In this document: positions 33,035 to 42,795 of the stretch, piece after piece
How the letters are laid out: each line of letters opens with the position of its first letter
Numbering within the stretch: the first letter of the stretch is position 1
Source: Cyanidioschyzon merolae
Lineage: Eukaryota
Length of the DNA stretch: 64,000 nt
NCBI GenBank assembly: GCA_000091205.1
Contig: AP006499.2
Reading direction: 5' to 3' (one strand)
Made by a program: the position numbers and the translations under genes
The notes under the pieces: model-generated
Databases searched by the model: none
Told to the model about the DNA's origin: nothing
What the model saw: only the letters and a program-made list of their open reading frames with translations

Positions 33035-33187
33035 TCAGCATTCTTTCGGATCCATTCCGAACGTTTGCGATGCAGCAGTTTGTCGCCGTATTCCGAGCAG
33101 TTACCGCAGGGCTGAACCCCAGGGATGCACAGATCGAGGGATACTCCCTTGCAAATCATTCAATCCACAGACGCATCCGTCTCGGGG

Positions 33188-34084
33188 TTATACGCTTACG
33201 GTTTCCTTCGCTTGATACGCCCTTACGATATCGAGGAAAGTGGGTTTCAGACTCGCCCCACCGACCAGAAAACCATCGACGTCAGGCTGCGCAGCAAGTT
33301 CAAGACAGTTTTCCGGGGTGACCGAGCCACCGTAGAGAATTCGCATCTGTGACGCACAGGCTTCGCTGACCTGCCGACGAATCCAGCTGCGGATTTCCGA
33401 GTGGGCCTCTTGTGCCTGAGCCGCCGTCGCAACCTTGCCAGTTCCAATGGCCCAGACAGGCTCGTACGCAATAACCACTTTGGCCCAGTCGTCGGCGCTG
33501 AGATGTGCCCTTACCGCCGAGAGCTGCCGCTCATTGACCTCCCGGGTGCGGCCGGCTTCGCGCTCCTCTAAGAGTTCCCCTATGCACAGAATCACGTGCA
33601 CGCCTTTGTCGATAGCGTATTTTGTTTTGCGACCAATGACGTCATCGCTTTCCCGTATTTCCGGTAAATGACGCCTCTCCGAATGCCCTAGAATCACGTG
33701 ACTAAGCCCGATATCCCGGATCATTTCGACCGCAACCTCACCGGTGAACGCTCCCGGTTTTCCGACCCAGCAGTTCTGCAGTGCTACCCCGAAATCAGGC
33801 CGCAAAATCGATCTCGTCAACATGGCATAAACCGATGGCGGTGCGACAACGACTTCGACCCTGTTAAAGTCGATGTTTTTCCCAGCGTTGAACGCTTCGC
33901 ACAGCTCCTGGACGGACTGCTTCGAACCGTTGCATTTCCAGTTGCCACCCACGAAGAACTTCCGGGCGCTTTGGGCGGACATGAATAGACGTGTACGTGC
34001 TGTTCTTACGATGCGCAAGCGCTGTGCGTAGCTCTCCGCCTTGCTACTGACTGCGCGGCTTGGCACACCGAGCGTCACAAACAT
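33188..34084 (-). CDS. TPI: Triosephosphate isomerase with an N-terminal extension of about 35 aa (probable plastid transit peptide; an internal Met marks the mature/cytosolic-type start).
   Basis: ARKFFVGGNWKCNG, AYEPVWAIGTGKVAT, ILYGGSV and GFLVGGASLKP are canonical TPI motifs. Catalytic His in GHSERR and Glu in AYEPVWAIGTG. Confidence 0.95.
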   Translation of the reverse strand: MFVTLGVPSRAVSSKAESYAQRLRIVRTARTRLFMSAQSARKFFVGGNWKCNGSKQSVQELCEAFNAGKNIDFNRVEVVVAPPSVYAMLTRSILRPDFGVALQNCWVGKPGAFTGEVAVEMIRDIGLSHVILGHSERRHLPEIRESDDVIGRKTKYAIDKGVHVILCIGELLEEREAGRTREVNERQLSAVRAHLSADDWAKVVIAYEPVWAIGTGKVATAAQAQEAHSEIRSWIRRQVSEACASQMRILYGGSVTPENCLELAAQPDVDGFLVGGASLKPTFLDIVRAYQAKETVSV

Positions 34085-35269
34085 GTTTGGAGTACGAACC
34101 CGTCGTTGCTGGCCACTGATGCAGCCGATGAGCGCAAGTCGCCGAGACTATCCACGGTGTCCAGTAATGTGCGTGTTTATACATTTTTTTCTTGATCGCC
34201 TTTCGAGGCAGCGCATACGACGCGCTCGCCCCGTTCATGCCAGCGGTGACGCACGCTACGCTGGAAGCGATCGCTGCGATGACTACATTCCAAGTCCGAG
34301 ACCCTTTTCCACGCATACCGAAGAGACAGTAAACTTTAGCAGCGTATTGTGTGAGATGTGTCATGCAGCTGCCGAATGCCATTCCGTGAATGGCCTCAAA
34401 TGGCGGAGGATTTGTTATTCGAACGGAATCGATTGTTTCACGCGAGATGTTCGGTGAGCTTTCAGCACGGTTTTTGTGGATCGAGTTGCGAACGGCCGTT
34501 GCCAAGTATTATCGTCCGTGAATCCAGCGCAATGAATCGCTTCGTCAAAGCGTTGATTGAACCTGAAAGACCGAAACCCTGCAAGAATACCGTGTACGCA
34601 TATACTATAAATAGCGATAGAGGAAGAACGGAGGCTCGTACGTATGCATCAGATAAAGGTATCCGTTAGTTTACAAAAACCTATTTGATTGCGCCGCAGA
34701 TCTGCTTTACTCCGGTGATGGCACGAGTGCCAGCGGCGAACTGGTCAAAGCAGTTGCCCCGAACAGGCGGCCGAGAACTCTCCAACTGCGTATGAATCGA
34801 CAAGTCCCTAATGCTCCATTTCAGAACCTCGAGGCTGTATGCCTGGGAAACCTTCGAAAGAATCTCAGAGCTGGAACAGATGGCAACGTTTCTTGTTTAA
34901 TTGTTATCGGACACGACAAAGGCGGTCACCAGAAGCGTACAACTCGGAGTTGGTTCATCCCCGGTGCAGTGTATAGCAGGAGATCGACATCACGATGCAA
35001 CGCTTTGTATAGATCGTGGATGAATTACGTGCTGGACATTAATTCCTTACTGAACATTGTAAGAGAGACCGCATTCCTCCCTCAGGTCAGTCATACAACA
35101 GTGCTCAGATGGTTGCGGAATAACGGAATAAACATGTATGTGCAGTCCACGCAAAGAACTGATGTTCCTTAAGTGTGCTTGCAGTCAATGGTAGAAAACG
35201 ACCAATAGATCACGCTCTAAAAAGCAAAAGTGACGCTGATAGCCGCCGCGGGCGTCTCTGCTTCTCAAT

Positions 35270-36400
35270 AGCTTGAGCGTGTTGACCAAAAAACATGGGG
35301 ATGCAGTCGCCAAGGAGAGTGCTAGTTCATGCACTGCCGTCTTGTACCGAAATAGCAACGACAGAGTTCCTAGAACGTCGGGATCCGTACGAAGCACTGG
35401 AACCTCGAGTTGCTTTTTTAAGGTGATAAGACTTCCTCTTGACGAAACGGTCAGAGCGTGTACGGGTATTCGCGGAGCAGGGAGCACGATGTATGCACTA
35501 CCGAACTTTAAGAGAACGAGGACACTATCTGTTCTAGCTGGAGTGGATTCTTTTCGCGGCCTCAGTTCCGCTAGTAGACAAGGTTCATACAATAGCTCCA
35601 AACACTGTATCGAATCATTGAAGACTTTACCCTGACGTCTGGCGACGTCCGCCCATTGGACAAAGTGGCATTTTCCAATTTCCCTAGCGGTCGGGCTTTC
35701 GCCGATTTTATCGGGGCAGAGCTGATTTTCATTCCTACGTGCATTCCGTGGTTCAGCCACATCGAAGGAGTGTTTTTACCCTGAAACGTCATGATAGTTT
35801 CAAGTGCGAATCCCTGAAGCGTTCAGCACATGGTGACACACCGGGTACATTTTATCTGTCTTGCGCAAATCCTTCTCCCTCTGAGAAAGTCCTCACCAAG
35901 GGGCATCAAGAATTGCGTTCATCTAAAGAAATAAACCATCCAACGGATGAGCTGAAGTGTGCACTTCAGAAGGTCGAGATGCAACGAAGGCAGCGGAGCG
36001 CTCCGGCGATCGAAAAGCACAGAGCGCCGCTAGAGCGCTAAATGCCACAGAGGGCGCGATTTCAAGGACTTCTGCTACTGATGCGTTCCATCGTCGTCAA
36101 TAAACGCGTGGAGTTCGTGAACCGAGACTCCAACGCTGCCATCCATATCAGAAGATATGCAGTGCTGAGGACGAGACCCAAGGAACTGACGAGAGCCAAC
36201 TTTATGGGGCAACCTCTCAGTGTCAAAGTGTACAAGGGCAAGCTGAACCCCCACAGCAGGGGGCCGGTCAAAAACGCCTGGGAAGCGTCTGCACGTGGGT
36301 ATTCATTTACTCTGTATGGCCGCGAAACGTTTCCGCTTCCTTGACTGTGGAAGCGAAATCCGTGGTGACTTTCACAGCATTTTGGCGCGCTTTCGAGCAG
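35270..36400 (+). pseudogene. Diverged, truncated copy (copy 2) of the TnpB/Fanzor-like element. It has the RuvC-III motif and the conserved tail fragment, and ends about 130 bp upstream of the TLK gene.
   Basis: KRVEFVNRDSNAAIHIRRYAVLRTRPKELTRANFMGQPL (36042..36344) resembles the C-termini of copies 1 and 3. The upstream ...FFKVIRLPLDETVRACTGIRGAGST resembles ...FFNELRALKEDERQSLVVAYGAGRW of copy 1. The tail ggaagcgtctgcacgtggg resembles ggaggcgtctgcacgtcag. Confidence 0.55.
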
Positions 36401-36527
36401 CGCGCGCCAGATCCGCCGATGATCGCTGTGTTGCGCCTGGCGAGCAGCTCCGCGTGGCAAGACAGCGAGTTGTGTCGCGCGGCTGCTGCGCTTATCCAAG
36501 CCTGGGTTTCTTTGAACATAGTGCTCA

Positions 36528-39227
36528 ATGAGCAGCGTATTTGAATGCCATACTGAAATTGAGACAGAATGTGTTCATGACGAATCCTATGGAACCTTCC
36601 GCGAACCTCTAGTCTATCGCAGTCAAAGACTATCAACGCAGACGCTACGCGAGAAGCTAGCCTTGTTGGAGCGGCGGCTCAATCCACGCCCCTGGGATGC
36701 GCGTACTGCCCAGAGCGAAGTGCTTCTAGTCAACAAAAAACCTCGCTTTTGTGTGGAGGGTTTTGAAAGGCTTTCTGGGAACTACTCTGGAGAAGAACTG
36801 GTGACAGCAGGAGCTGGTGCGCCGGCGGACTCTGCCGCGAAGCTCGCGACGCCAGAAGCGGAAACCTGGGTGTATTGCGCCAAAGCCGCTGCAGATGGTT
36901 GCGGCTCTTCGGTGTGTCGCCCAGGACAGAGTGATTCCAAGTCAGGTAGTGAAACTCGGCGAACTCCGATACCGCGTGGCGAACGAGTGCCTGGGAAAGT
37001 CGATGTCGTAGCAGCGGCGACGATAACGTCAGGGGCCGCAGAATGCGCGGATGCCTCGAGTGTAGATGCGAGCGGGAAACACACAGACCAGCTGCATCCT
37101 GGTCAATCTTCGTCATGTACGGACAACAGGTTCCAGGCGGAGATTCACGACCGTACTCCAGAACATAGAAACGAGAACGATCTGCGCTGCCCTGAGAGCT
37201 GTCACCGCCGCGGGTGTGAAGCTGGCGCAACGCCACCGCCCGGTTCGCAGTCAACGAGTCCCGGCAACTCTTGCAGCGTTGCGGAGACTATTCTAACCGT
37301 CTCGCGATTCGAAGGTAGAAGTGGATGCCAGACAGAGCTCGGCTCGCAGACACCGTCGCAGACTCCAGCAGCAACCGTCGATCGTAGCAGTTCGCCGGTA
37401 GCTTCCAACAGCGGGGAGAGAAGCTGTCGAAGCGAGCCGGCTCGCCATGCGCAAGAGTGGACGACCCCTGCCGCGGTCGCGGGTCAAAGCACCATGAATA
37501 GGCCCCGAAAGAGAAAAGCGCGCGTGCCTGCTGCGGAGGAGAACAACGGCCTCACACTGGATCAGTTTTTTTCGCGAGCGGAGAAAATGACGCCAAGTGC
37601 ATCGGCCGGAGCCTGCACGTTTGAGATGGATTCCATTGAGAGCGGGAGCAGCAGGGTGAGCGCTGCGGATGACGCTCCTGGATCGCAGAGCATCGCGGGT
37701 CAGCAGGACGCGCGGCTTGTCAAAGCCACCGCCTCTGTGGAAGAAATCCACAACCAGTATGTGCTCCAAATCGAAGGGCTCTCCACACAGCTCGAGGAGC
37801 TACGTGCTGTGGCGTTCGAGCTCGAGTCTACACAGGAACGCCTCTCCCAAGTAGAACGCACCGCCGGTGCACTCCGAAATGCGCTGATGGATGCCCTGCG
37901 GGAGCAAGGCCGACTCGAGCGAGGGCTGAACGCCCGGCTAGTCGCTGAAAAGTGTCAGAGGTTAGGGCAACCAGTTATTGCTCGCAGCGGCACTGCCCTG
38001 CAAGAAGTGTGGGAGGACGGATCTGAGTTTCAGCGTCTGAGTGAGCGTCAAAACGTCATCGCCGCGGAGCGAGAATCCATCGAGAGGTCACGGAAAGAGC
38101 TTAGCAGACTGCGCCGCCCCGCTCCTGGTCAAAATGATGCCACTGCAGATGCCCCGCAATGGCTGTCTATGTACATCGCAGAACAAGAAGAGATCTTTCG
38201 CGTGCGAATTCAGCTTCTGAAACGAGATGAAGCCGCTCTCGCCGAAGAGAGAGCGAAACTGGAATGCGAACGCGCAATGCTTCTGCGTGAACTGAAACGC
38301 GTTCGCGATGAGAGTGCCTCTCGATTCCGAGAATTTCCACTGCTTGCCGATCGGTATCTTCTTCTCCGCTTGCTCGGTCGCGGTGGCTTTTCTGAAGTCT
38401 GGAAAGCCTACGATATCGAGCAGGCCCGGTATGTCGCATGCAAAATCCACCAGCTCCACGCCTATTGGAGTGAATCGCGGAAGAGCAACTACATCAAGCA
38501 CGCTACCCGCGAGTATCGAATCCATGCGACGCTCAAACATCCCCGTATCGTGAGCTTGTACGATGTGTTTGAGATCGACGACCACACCTTTTGCACAGTA
38601 CTCGAGTACTGCGGTGAGGCCTGTGACCTCGACACCTATCTCCGGATGAACCATCACGTATCGGAGCGCGAGGCCAAGTCCATCATTGCACAGGTGTTGA
38701 GCGCTCTCCTCTATTTGAACTCACAACCCAAACGGATCATTCACTACGATCTCAAGCCTGGTAACATTCTGTACACAAACGGAGAGGTCCGCATCACGGA
38801 CTTTGGCCTCAGCAAGATCATGGACGAGAACCTGAACACCATGGATGGAATGGAACTAACTTCGCAAGGCGCTGGCACCTACTGGTACTTGCCCCCAGAG
38901 TGCTTTGAGGGCATCTCTGCTACGAGCGGCGCCACGGGTCCTCGAATCAGCAACAAGGTGGACGTCTGGAGTTGCGGTATCATCCTGTACCAGCTTCTTT
39001 ACGGTGTCAAGCCATTCGGAAACGACCTTTCCCAGGAACGAATTCTGCGTGATGGCACGATCCTCAAAGCGTCGGATCGAGACCTCTTCTTTCCGGCAAA
39101 GCCAGCGGTATCCACGGAGGCCAAAGATTTTATCCGTCTATGTCTCACGCGAAATCAAATGGATCGACCCGATATTCGCTCTATTGCGATGCACCACTAT
39201 CTTCGAGGGACTATAACGATGTCCTAA
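36528..39227 (+). CDS. TLK: Tousled-like serine/threonine protein kinase (TLK). It has a long low-complexity/coiled-coil N-terminal region and a C-terminal kinase domain.
   Basis: YLLLRLLGRGGFSEVWKAYDIEQARYVACKIHQL...NYIKHATREYRIHATLKHPRIVSLYDVFEIDDHTFCTVLEYCGEACDLDTYL...IHYDLKPGNILYTNGEVRITDFGLSKIMD is nearly diagnostic of TLK. ATG start verified. Confidence 0.9.
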   Translation: MSSVFECHTEIETECVHDESYGTFREPLVYRSQRLSTQTLREKLALLERRLNPRPWDARTAQSEVLLVNKKPRFCVEGFERLSGNYSGEELVTAGAGAPADSAAKLATPEAETWVYCAKAAADGCGSSVCRPGQSDSKSGSETRRTPIPRGERVPGKVDVVAAATITSGAAECADASSVDASGKHTDQLHPGQSSSCTDNRFQAEIHDRTPEHRNENDLRCPESCHRRGCEAGATPPPGSQSTSPGNSCSVAETILTVSRFEGRSGCQTELGSQTPSQTPAATVDRSSSPVASNSGERSCRSEPARHAQEWTTPAAVAGQSTMNRPRKRKARVPAAEENNGLTLDQFFSRAEKMTPSASAGACTFEMDSIESGSSRVSAADDAPGSQSIAGQQDARLVKATASVEEIHNQYVLQIEGLSTQLEELRAVAFELESTQERLSQVERTAGALRNALMDALREQGRLERGLNARLVAEKCQRLGQPVIARSGTALQEVWEDGSEFQRLSERQNVIAAERESIERSRKELSRLRRPAPGQNDATADAPQWLSMYIAEQEEIFRVRIQLLKRDEAALAEERAKLECERAMLLRELKRVRDESASRFREFPLLADRYLLLRLLGRGGFSEVWKAYDIEQARYVACKIHQLHAYWSESRKSNYIKHATREYRIHATLKHPRIVSLYDVFEIDDHTFCTVLEYCGEACDLDTYLRMNHHVSEREAKSIIAQVLSALLYLNSQPKRIIHYDLKPGNILYTNGEVRITDFGLSKIMDENLNTMDGMELTSQGAGTYWYLPPECFEGISATSGATGPRISNKVDVWSCGIILYQLLYGVKPFGNDLSQERILRDGTILKASDRDLFFPAKPAVSTEAKDFIRLCLTRNQMDRPDIRSIAMHHYLRGTITMS

Positions 39228-39288
39228 ATGGTCACCCGAAAGCCAGTGGTGTCCTGAATTTCGCCTGCAAACCCATGGAGCTCACAAC

Positions 39289-40209
39289 CTACAGACCCAC
39301 AAGATCGAGATGATTCTTCACAAACGCGAAATCACCCGGGTTCGTGAGCTCAAGCGGCGTGCGAATAGAATTGCACGACAACACCATGAGCTCGATCTGT
39401 GCGTCGTGGAGCAACTCGTTCAACATTGTGGACAGAATGTATTCCTTGTGCGCGTACACGTCGTTCTCGTCAGTGCTACACCGTTTCACGCTCTGCTGCT
39501 GCTGCTGAAGATGATGATCGTCACGCAGTGCCTCCAGCTCGGACAGAAAGCGTCGAAACCGCTCGTCGGCCCGAGCGAAGATGCTCGTATCGTGGAAGCC
39601 GAAAACGTTCATACTCGTGAGCTCGTCGCCAGTATAGCGACCTTCCTCAATATCTTCGAAGCCGATGTTGTACTGTTCGACAATTTCTAAAACTCGGTGT
39701 CGCTCATCTGTCTGAACGATGGCACGGTTAACTCGCCCTTCCTTGGGCAGCACTTCGCGCAACTTGTATCCAGGCATGCACGCGGTTTTCGCCGCCGTAA
39801 TGTGATTGCATACCAGTGACAGAGCTGCCACTCCGTATAAGGAATCACCATTCAGCACTATGAAAGGTCCATGAATATGCTCCCGCGCCGCAAGCAGTGC
39901 GTCCACGGTGCCCAGCGGTCGTTTTCGCCACGCCGGTACCCGTTGCACGCAAAAGTATACTGGGAGCCCATAAAACTGTTCGCCAATGAGGGCGTGAATC
40001 GGTAAGTGTGTAGCCTCCGACACCACGAAAACGAGACTCGATATCGCTGGATAGGCCTCGCAGAGTTGACGAACAGAGAGTTCCAGGAGGGTCTCGCCGT
40101 GGCGACCCACCTCCTGGAGGCACTTGATGCGCCCGCCAAACCGGGAAGAAAGCCCTGCTGCGAGGTACACCGCTTGAATTGTCGGTTTCACCGCTTCATT
40201 CTCCCTCAT
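39289..40209 (-). CDS. Sugar-phosphate nucleotidyltransferase family protein (NTP_transferase fold; precise substrate unknown).
   Basis: N-terminal AVYLAAGLSSRFGGRIKCL resembles the GxGTRxxP-type nucleotidyltransferase signature. LNGDSLYG resembles the downstream conserved region. It is convergent with TLK and only about 60 bp separates the two ends. Confidence 0.5.
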   Translation of the reverse strand: MRENEAVKPTIQAVYLAAGLSSRFGGRIKCLQEVGRHGETLLELSVRQLCEAYPAISSLVFVVSEATHLPIHALIGEQFYGLPVYFCVQRVPAWRKRPLGTVDALLAAREHIHGPFIVLNGDSLYGVAALSLVCNHITAAKTACMPGYKLREVLPKEGRVNRAIVQTDERHRVLEIVEQYNIGFEDIEEGRYTGDELTSMNVFGFHDTSIFARADERFRRFLSELEALRDDHHLQQQQQSVKRCSTDENDVYAHKEYILSTMLNELLHDAQIELMVLSCNSIRTPLELTNPGDFAFVKNHLDLVGL

Positions 40210-40379
40210 GGGATTGTAAAGAATCAGAGTAAACGCTCAACAAGTGGCAGTGCCGACCAGCGTGCCACGTTGTCGCCGCAGGCGCTGGGGCGCGAGAGGT
40301 AAGCACCCGCGGACAACTGGCTAGTCTGCGCTGCGTATCGACGGCCTGAGGAGGTGCGCGCGCGCGCGCCCGCGCCTCT

Positions 40380-40620
40380 CGGCGGCATTTTGACACGATA
40401 TGCCTGTGATACCTCTGATGCTACTGCCTCTGATGCTATTGCTGATGCTGGTGCCTCTGATACCTCTGATGCTGGTGCCTCTGGTGCATCTGGCGCTGAT
40501 GCCTCTGATGCTGGTGCCTCTGATGCCTCTGACGCTGCTGCCTCTGATCCTAGTGCTGATACTAGTGCTGATGCTGCGTTTCTCTGGGTGCTGCAGACAC
40601 ACGCGGTGTCGAGAAATCGA
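40380..40620. repeat. Cryptic low-complexity tandem repeat, approximately (GATGCTGGTGCCTCT)n. It translates to D/A/S/G-rich repeats on one strand and L/M/P-rich on the other.
   Basis: Visible 15-18 nt periodicity. Both strands remain open, which is an artefact of the repeat. Confidence 0.7.
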
Positions 40621-41189
40621 TGACGCGACCCGCATATCCTTCCCTCGGTTATGGAGTAGATTTGCGATGTGTGTAGCGCTAATGCAGATTTGTAAATTCG
40701 CTCTTAATGCAGATACTTGACAAAAGGGTGGCGCGCTCGCGCTAGAACGCAAGAGCGAAACAAACTCGCACAAGCGCACCTCTGATCTGAGACAACGAGG
40801 CAGTATTACGGGAAGACACTCATGAACAGCGAATCCGCATTCCGAAACGCTTGGCAAACGGATCGCTCTCGCCTAGCACGTGTCATGCACCGTACCTGAA
40901 AGCGATGTTCCTGCTGACTTTTCGTGAGGTGCTCTAGCCGGCCCCGAGCATAGCACTGTTCTCGTGCAGAAAGCAGTGTATGGTGTCTAGCGCGCCCGCT
41001 TCCAGTACCGATCGTGAGCATATGGACTATTCCTGGCATGAGACTCCGAGCCCCAGGCCGCAGTTCCCAGATCAGCGGTCGATATGCAAAACGCTCCGTG
41101 ATTGCTGCCACAATCACTCTGCAGATCACATCTTCGATCATAAGGGAAACGCGCATGAGAGCGCGTCGTTCCCACGGTCCTGAAGCAGC

Positions 41190-41888
41190 ATGCTCCGCCC
41201 GCACATCATAAGGTATCTGTGCTGTGGAGCCGCCAGCACCCCGATGCTGGGGCAGCAGCGCGAACTCGCGGCTTTTGTGGAGTCCGCGCACCCCGAAACA
41301 CGCCTGCAGGGCCATGGGCACGGCAAAAGCAGCCACCGTGTCTGGCAGAAAGCCACAGCACCACTTTCATGGCTTGTCGTGGAGAATTTCGTTTCCGGTT
41401 TACAGCAACTCGGAATGAGCGTACAAGGCGTGTGCACCTCGTTTCGCTACGATACTTATAGATGAGTTCCGAACATCGTATACACACCACGAACTGGGGT
41501 GTACACTTCAGAAGGTCGAGCTAGGAAAGTGCCAGCGGAGCCCTGAGGATATAAAAAGCACGGACCGCTGACAGAAGCGCAACTGGAAAGGAGAGCGAAA
41601 GTTCGTGGACTACTTGCATTAGTGAGTACAACCAGTGACGGCAAGAAACGTATGGAGTTTGTGAATCGTGACTTTAACGCCGCTATCAATATCAGGAGGT
41701 GTGCGGTGCTGGAGACGAGACCTCCAGAGTTGACACGAGAGAACTTTATTGGACAACCTCTCAAGTCGAATTATATGAGACAAGATTGGAAGAAGTAGTA
41801 GGTGGCCAGTCGAGAAAAACTGGGAGGCGTCTGCACGTCAGTGGGAGACGTTTCGTATAGGGCGCTGGTCGCCACTACTGCACACGCC
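41190..41888 (+). pseudogene. 3'-truncated, frameshifted copy (copy 3) of the TnpB/Fanzor-like element. It retains the RuvC-III region and the full conserved 3' tail, and ends about 17 bp before the uS9 start codon.
   Basis: Nucleotide identity to copy 1 is visible from about 41400 to about 41888 (DEFRTSYTHHELGCTLQKVE...KKRMEFVNRDFNAAINIRRCAVLETRPPELTRENFIGQPL). There is a frameshift near 41465. The tail runs ...ggaggcgtctgcacgtcag...ctactgcacacgcccg. Confidence 0.65.
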
Positions 41889-41904
41889 CGTAGTCTTTCT
41901 CACA

Positions 41905-42795
41905 ATGCTACGGTGGTGGTGGTGGTGCAGAAGATTCAAAGCAAACTTGCCAGTTTCTACGCTGCGTGGTGAGCAGCTTTTCGGCTCCGCGCAGCACCGA
42001 AACCTAACCCAGTCGAGTTATGTCGGCGAGAGCGTCTACTTGTGGCAGAACAAGGCTCGCGTTCACGGGCTTGTGTCGCCACGCGAAATAGCTTGCAGTC
42101 CGCGCTTGAGAAGCATATTAAGCGGGGCACTGAGCCGACGTGGTTACTCGACTCCTGCTTCGGAGAGTGTCGACGTTCAGCGGCGTCTAGATGAGCAGCT
42201 CCGCGCCAAGGCTGCTATTGCGCTGGACCCGCAGGGCCTTGCGACAGTTTTGGCCGACTCGACCCGAATCGAAGAAGCTAACGCCACAGTGCAGCCCGAT
42301 TCTACCGCGAACGAAACGCAGGCACAGCAGCGACGACGTCGACGACGTCTGTATCCCGACGGTTCCGTGAACGCTACTGGACGACGGAAGACTGCCGTTG
42401 CAGTCGCGCGTCTCTTCCCGATAGAGTCGCCCGGAGGTCCGCAGTCGACCGCAGTCGATCATGAGACGCTCGTGGAACCCCGCTTTCGCGTCAATCGTCA
42501 GGATATCGCCGATTACTTCCTTCGTGTTGATCATCGTTTGGAGATCATGCGCCCGCTGATGCTCACCGGTATGGAGAACCGTTTCCATGTTCATGCGTTT
42601 GCACGCGGCGGGGGCATCACCGGCCAAGCCGAGGCTCTTCGACTTGCCATTGCGCGAGCTTTGGAGGATTACGACCCTGAGCTACGGCGTATACTCAAGC
42701 CGGCAGGTCTTCTCACGCGAGACCCTCGCATGGTTGAGCGGAAAAAGTACGGTAGGCACAAGGCCAGAAGAGCCTTTCAATGGGTCAAACGATAA
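41905..42795 (+). CDS. RPS9: Organellar-type ribosomal protein uS9 (RPS9) with a long N-terminal presequence/extension.
   Basis: C-terminal ...GTGRRKTAVAVARLFP...HVHAFARGGGITGQAEALRLAIARAL...DPRMVERKKYGRHKARRAFQWVKR is the uS9 signature and ends in the typical RR..Q.SKR-like tail. ATG at 41905. Confidence 0.85.
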   Translation: MLRWWWWCRRFKANLPVSTLRGEQLFGSAQHRNLTQSSYVGESVYLWQNKARVHGLVSPREIACSPRLRSILSGALSRRGYSTPASESVDVQRRLDEQLRAKAAIALDPQGLATVLADSTRIEEANATVQPDSTANETQAQQRRRRRRLYPDGSVNATGRRKTAVAVARLFPIESPGGPQSTAVDHETLVEPRFRVNRQDIADYFLRVDHRLEIMRPLMLTGMENRFHVHAFARGGGITGQAEALRLAIARALEDYDPELRRILKPAGLLTRDPRMVERKKYGRHKARRAFQWVKR

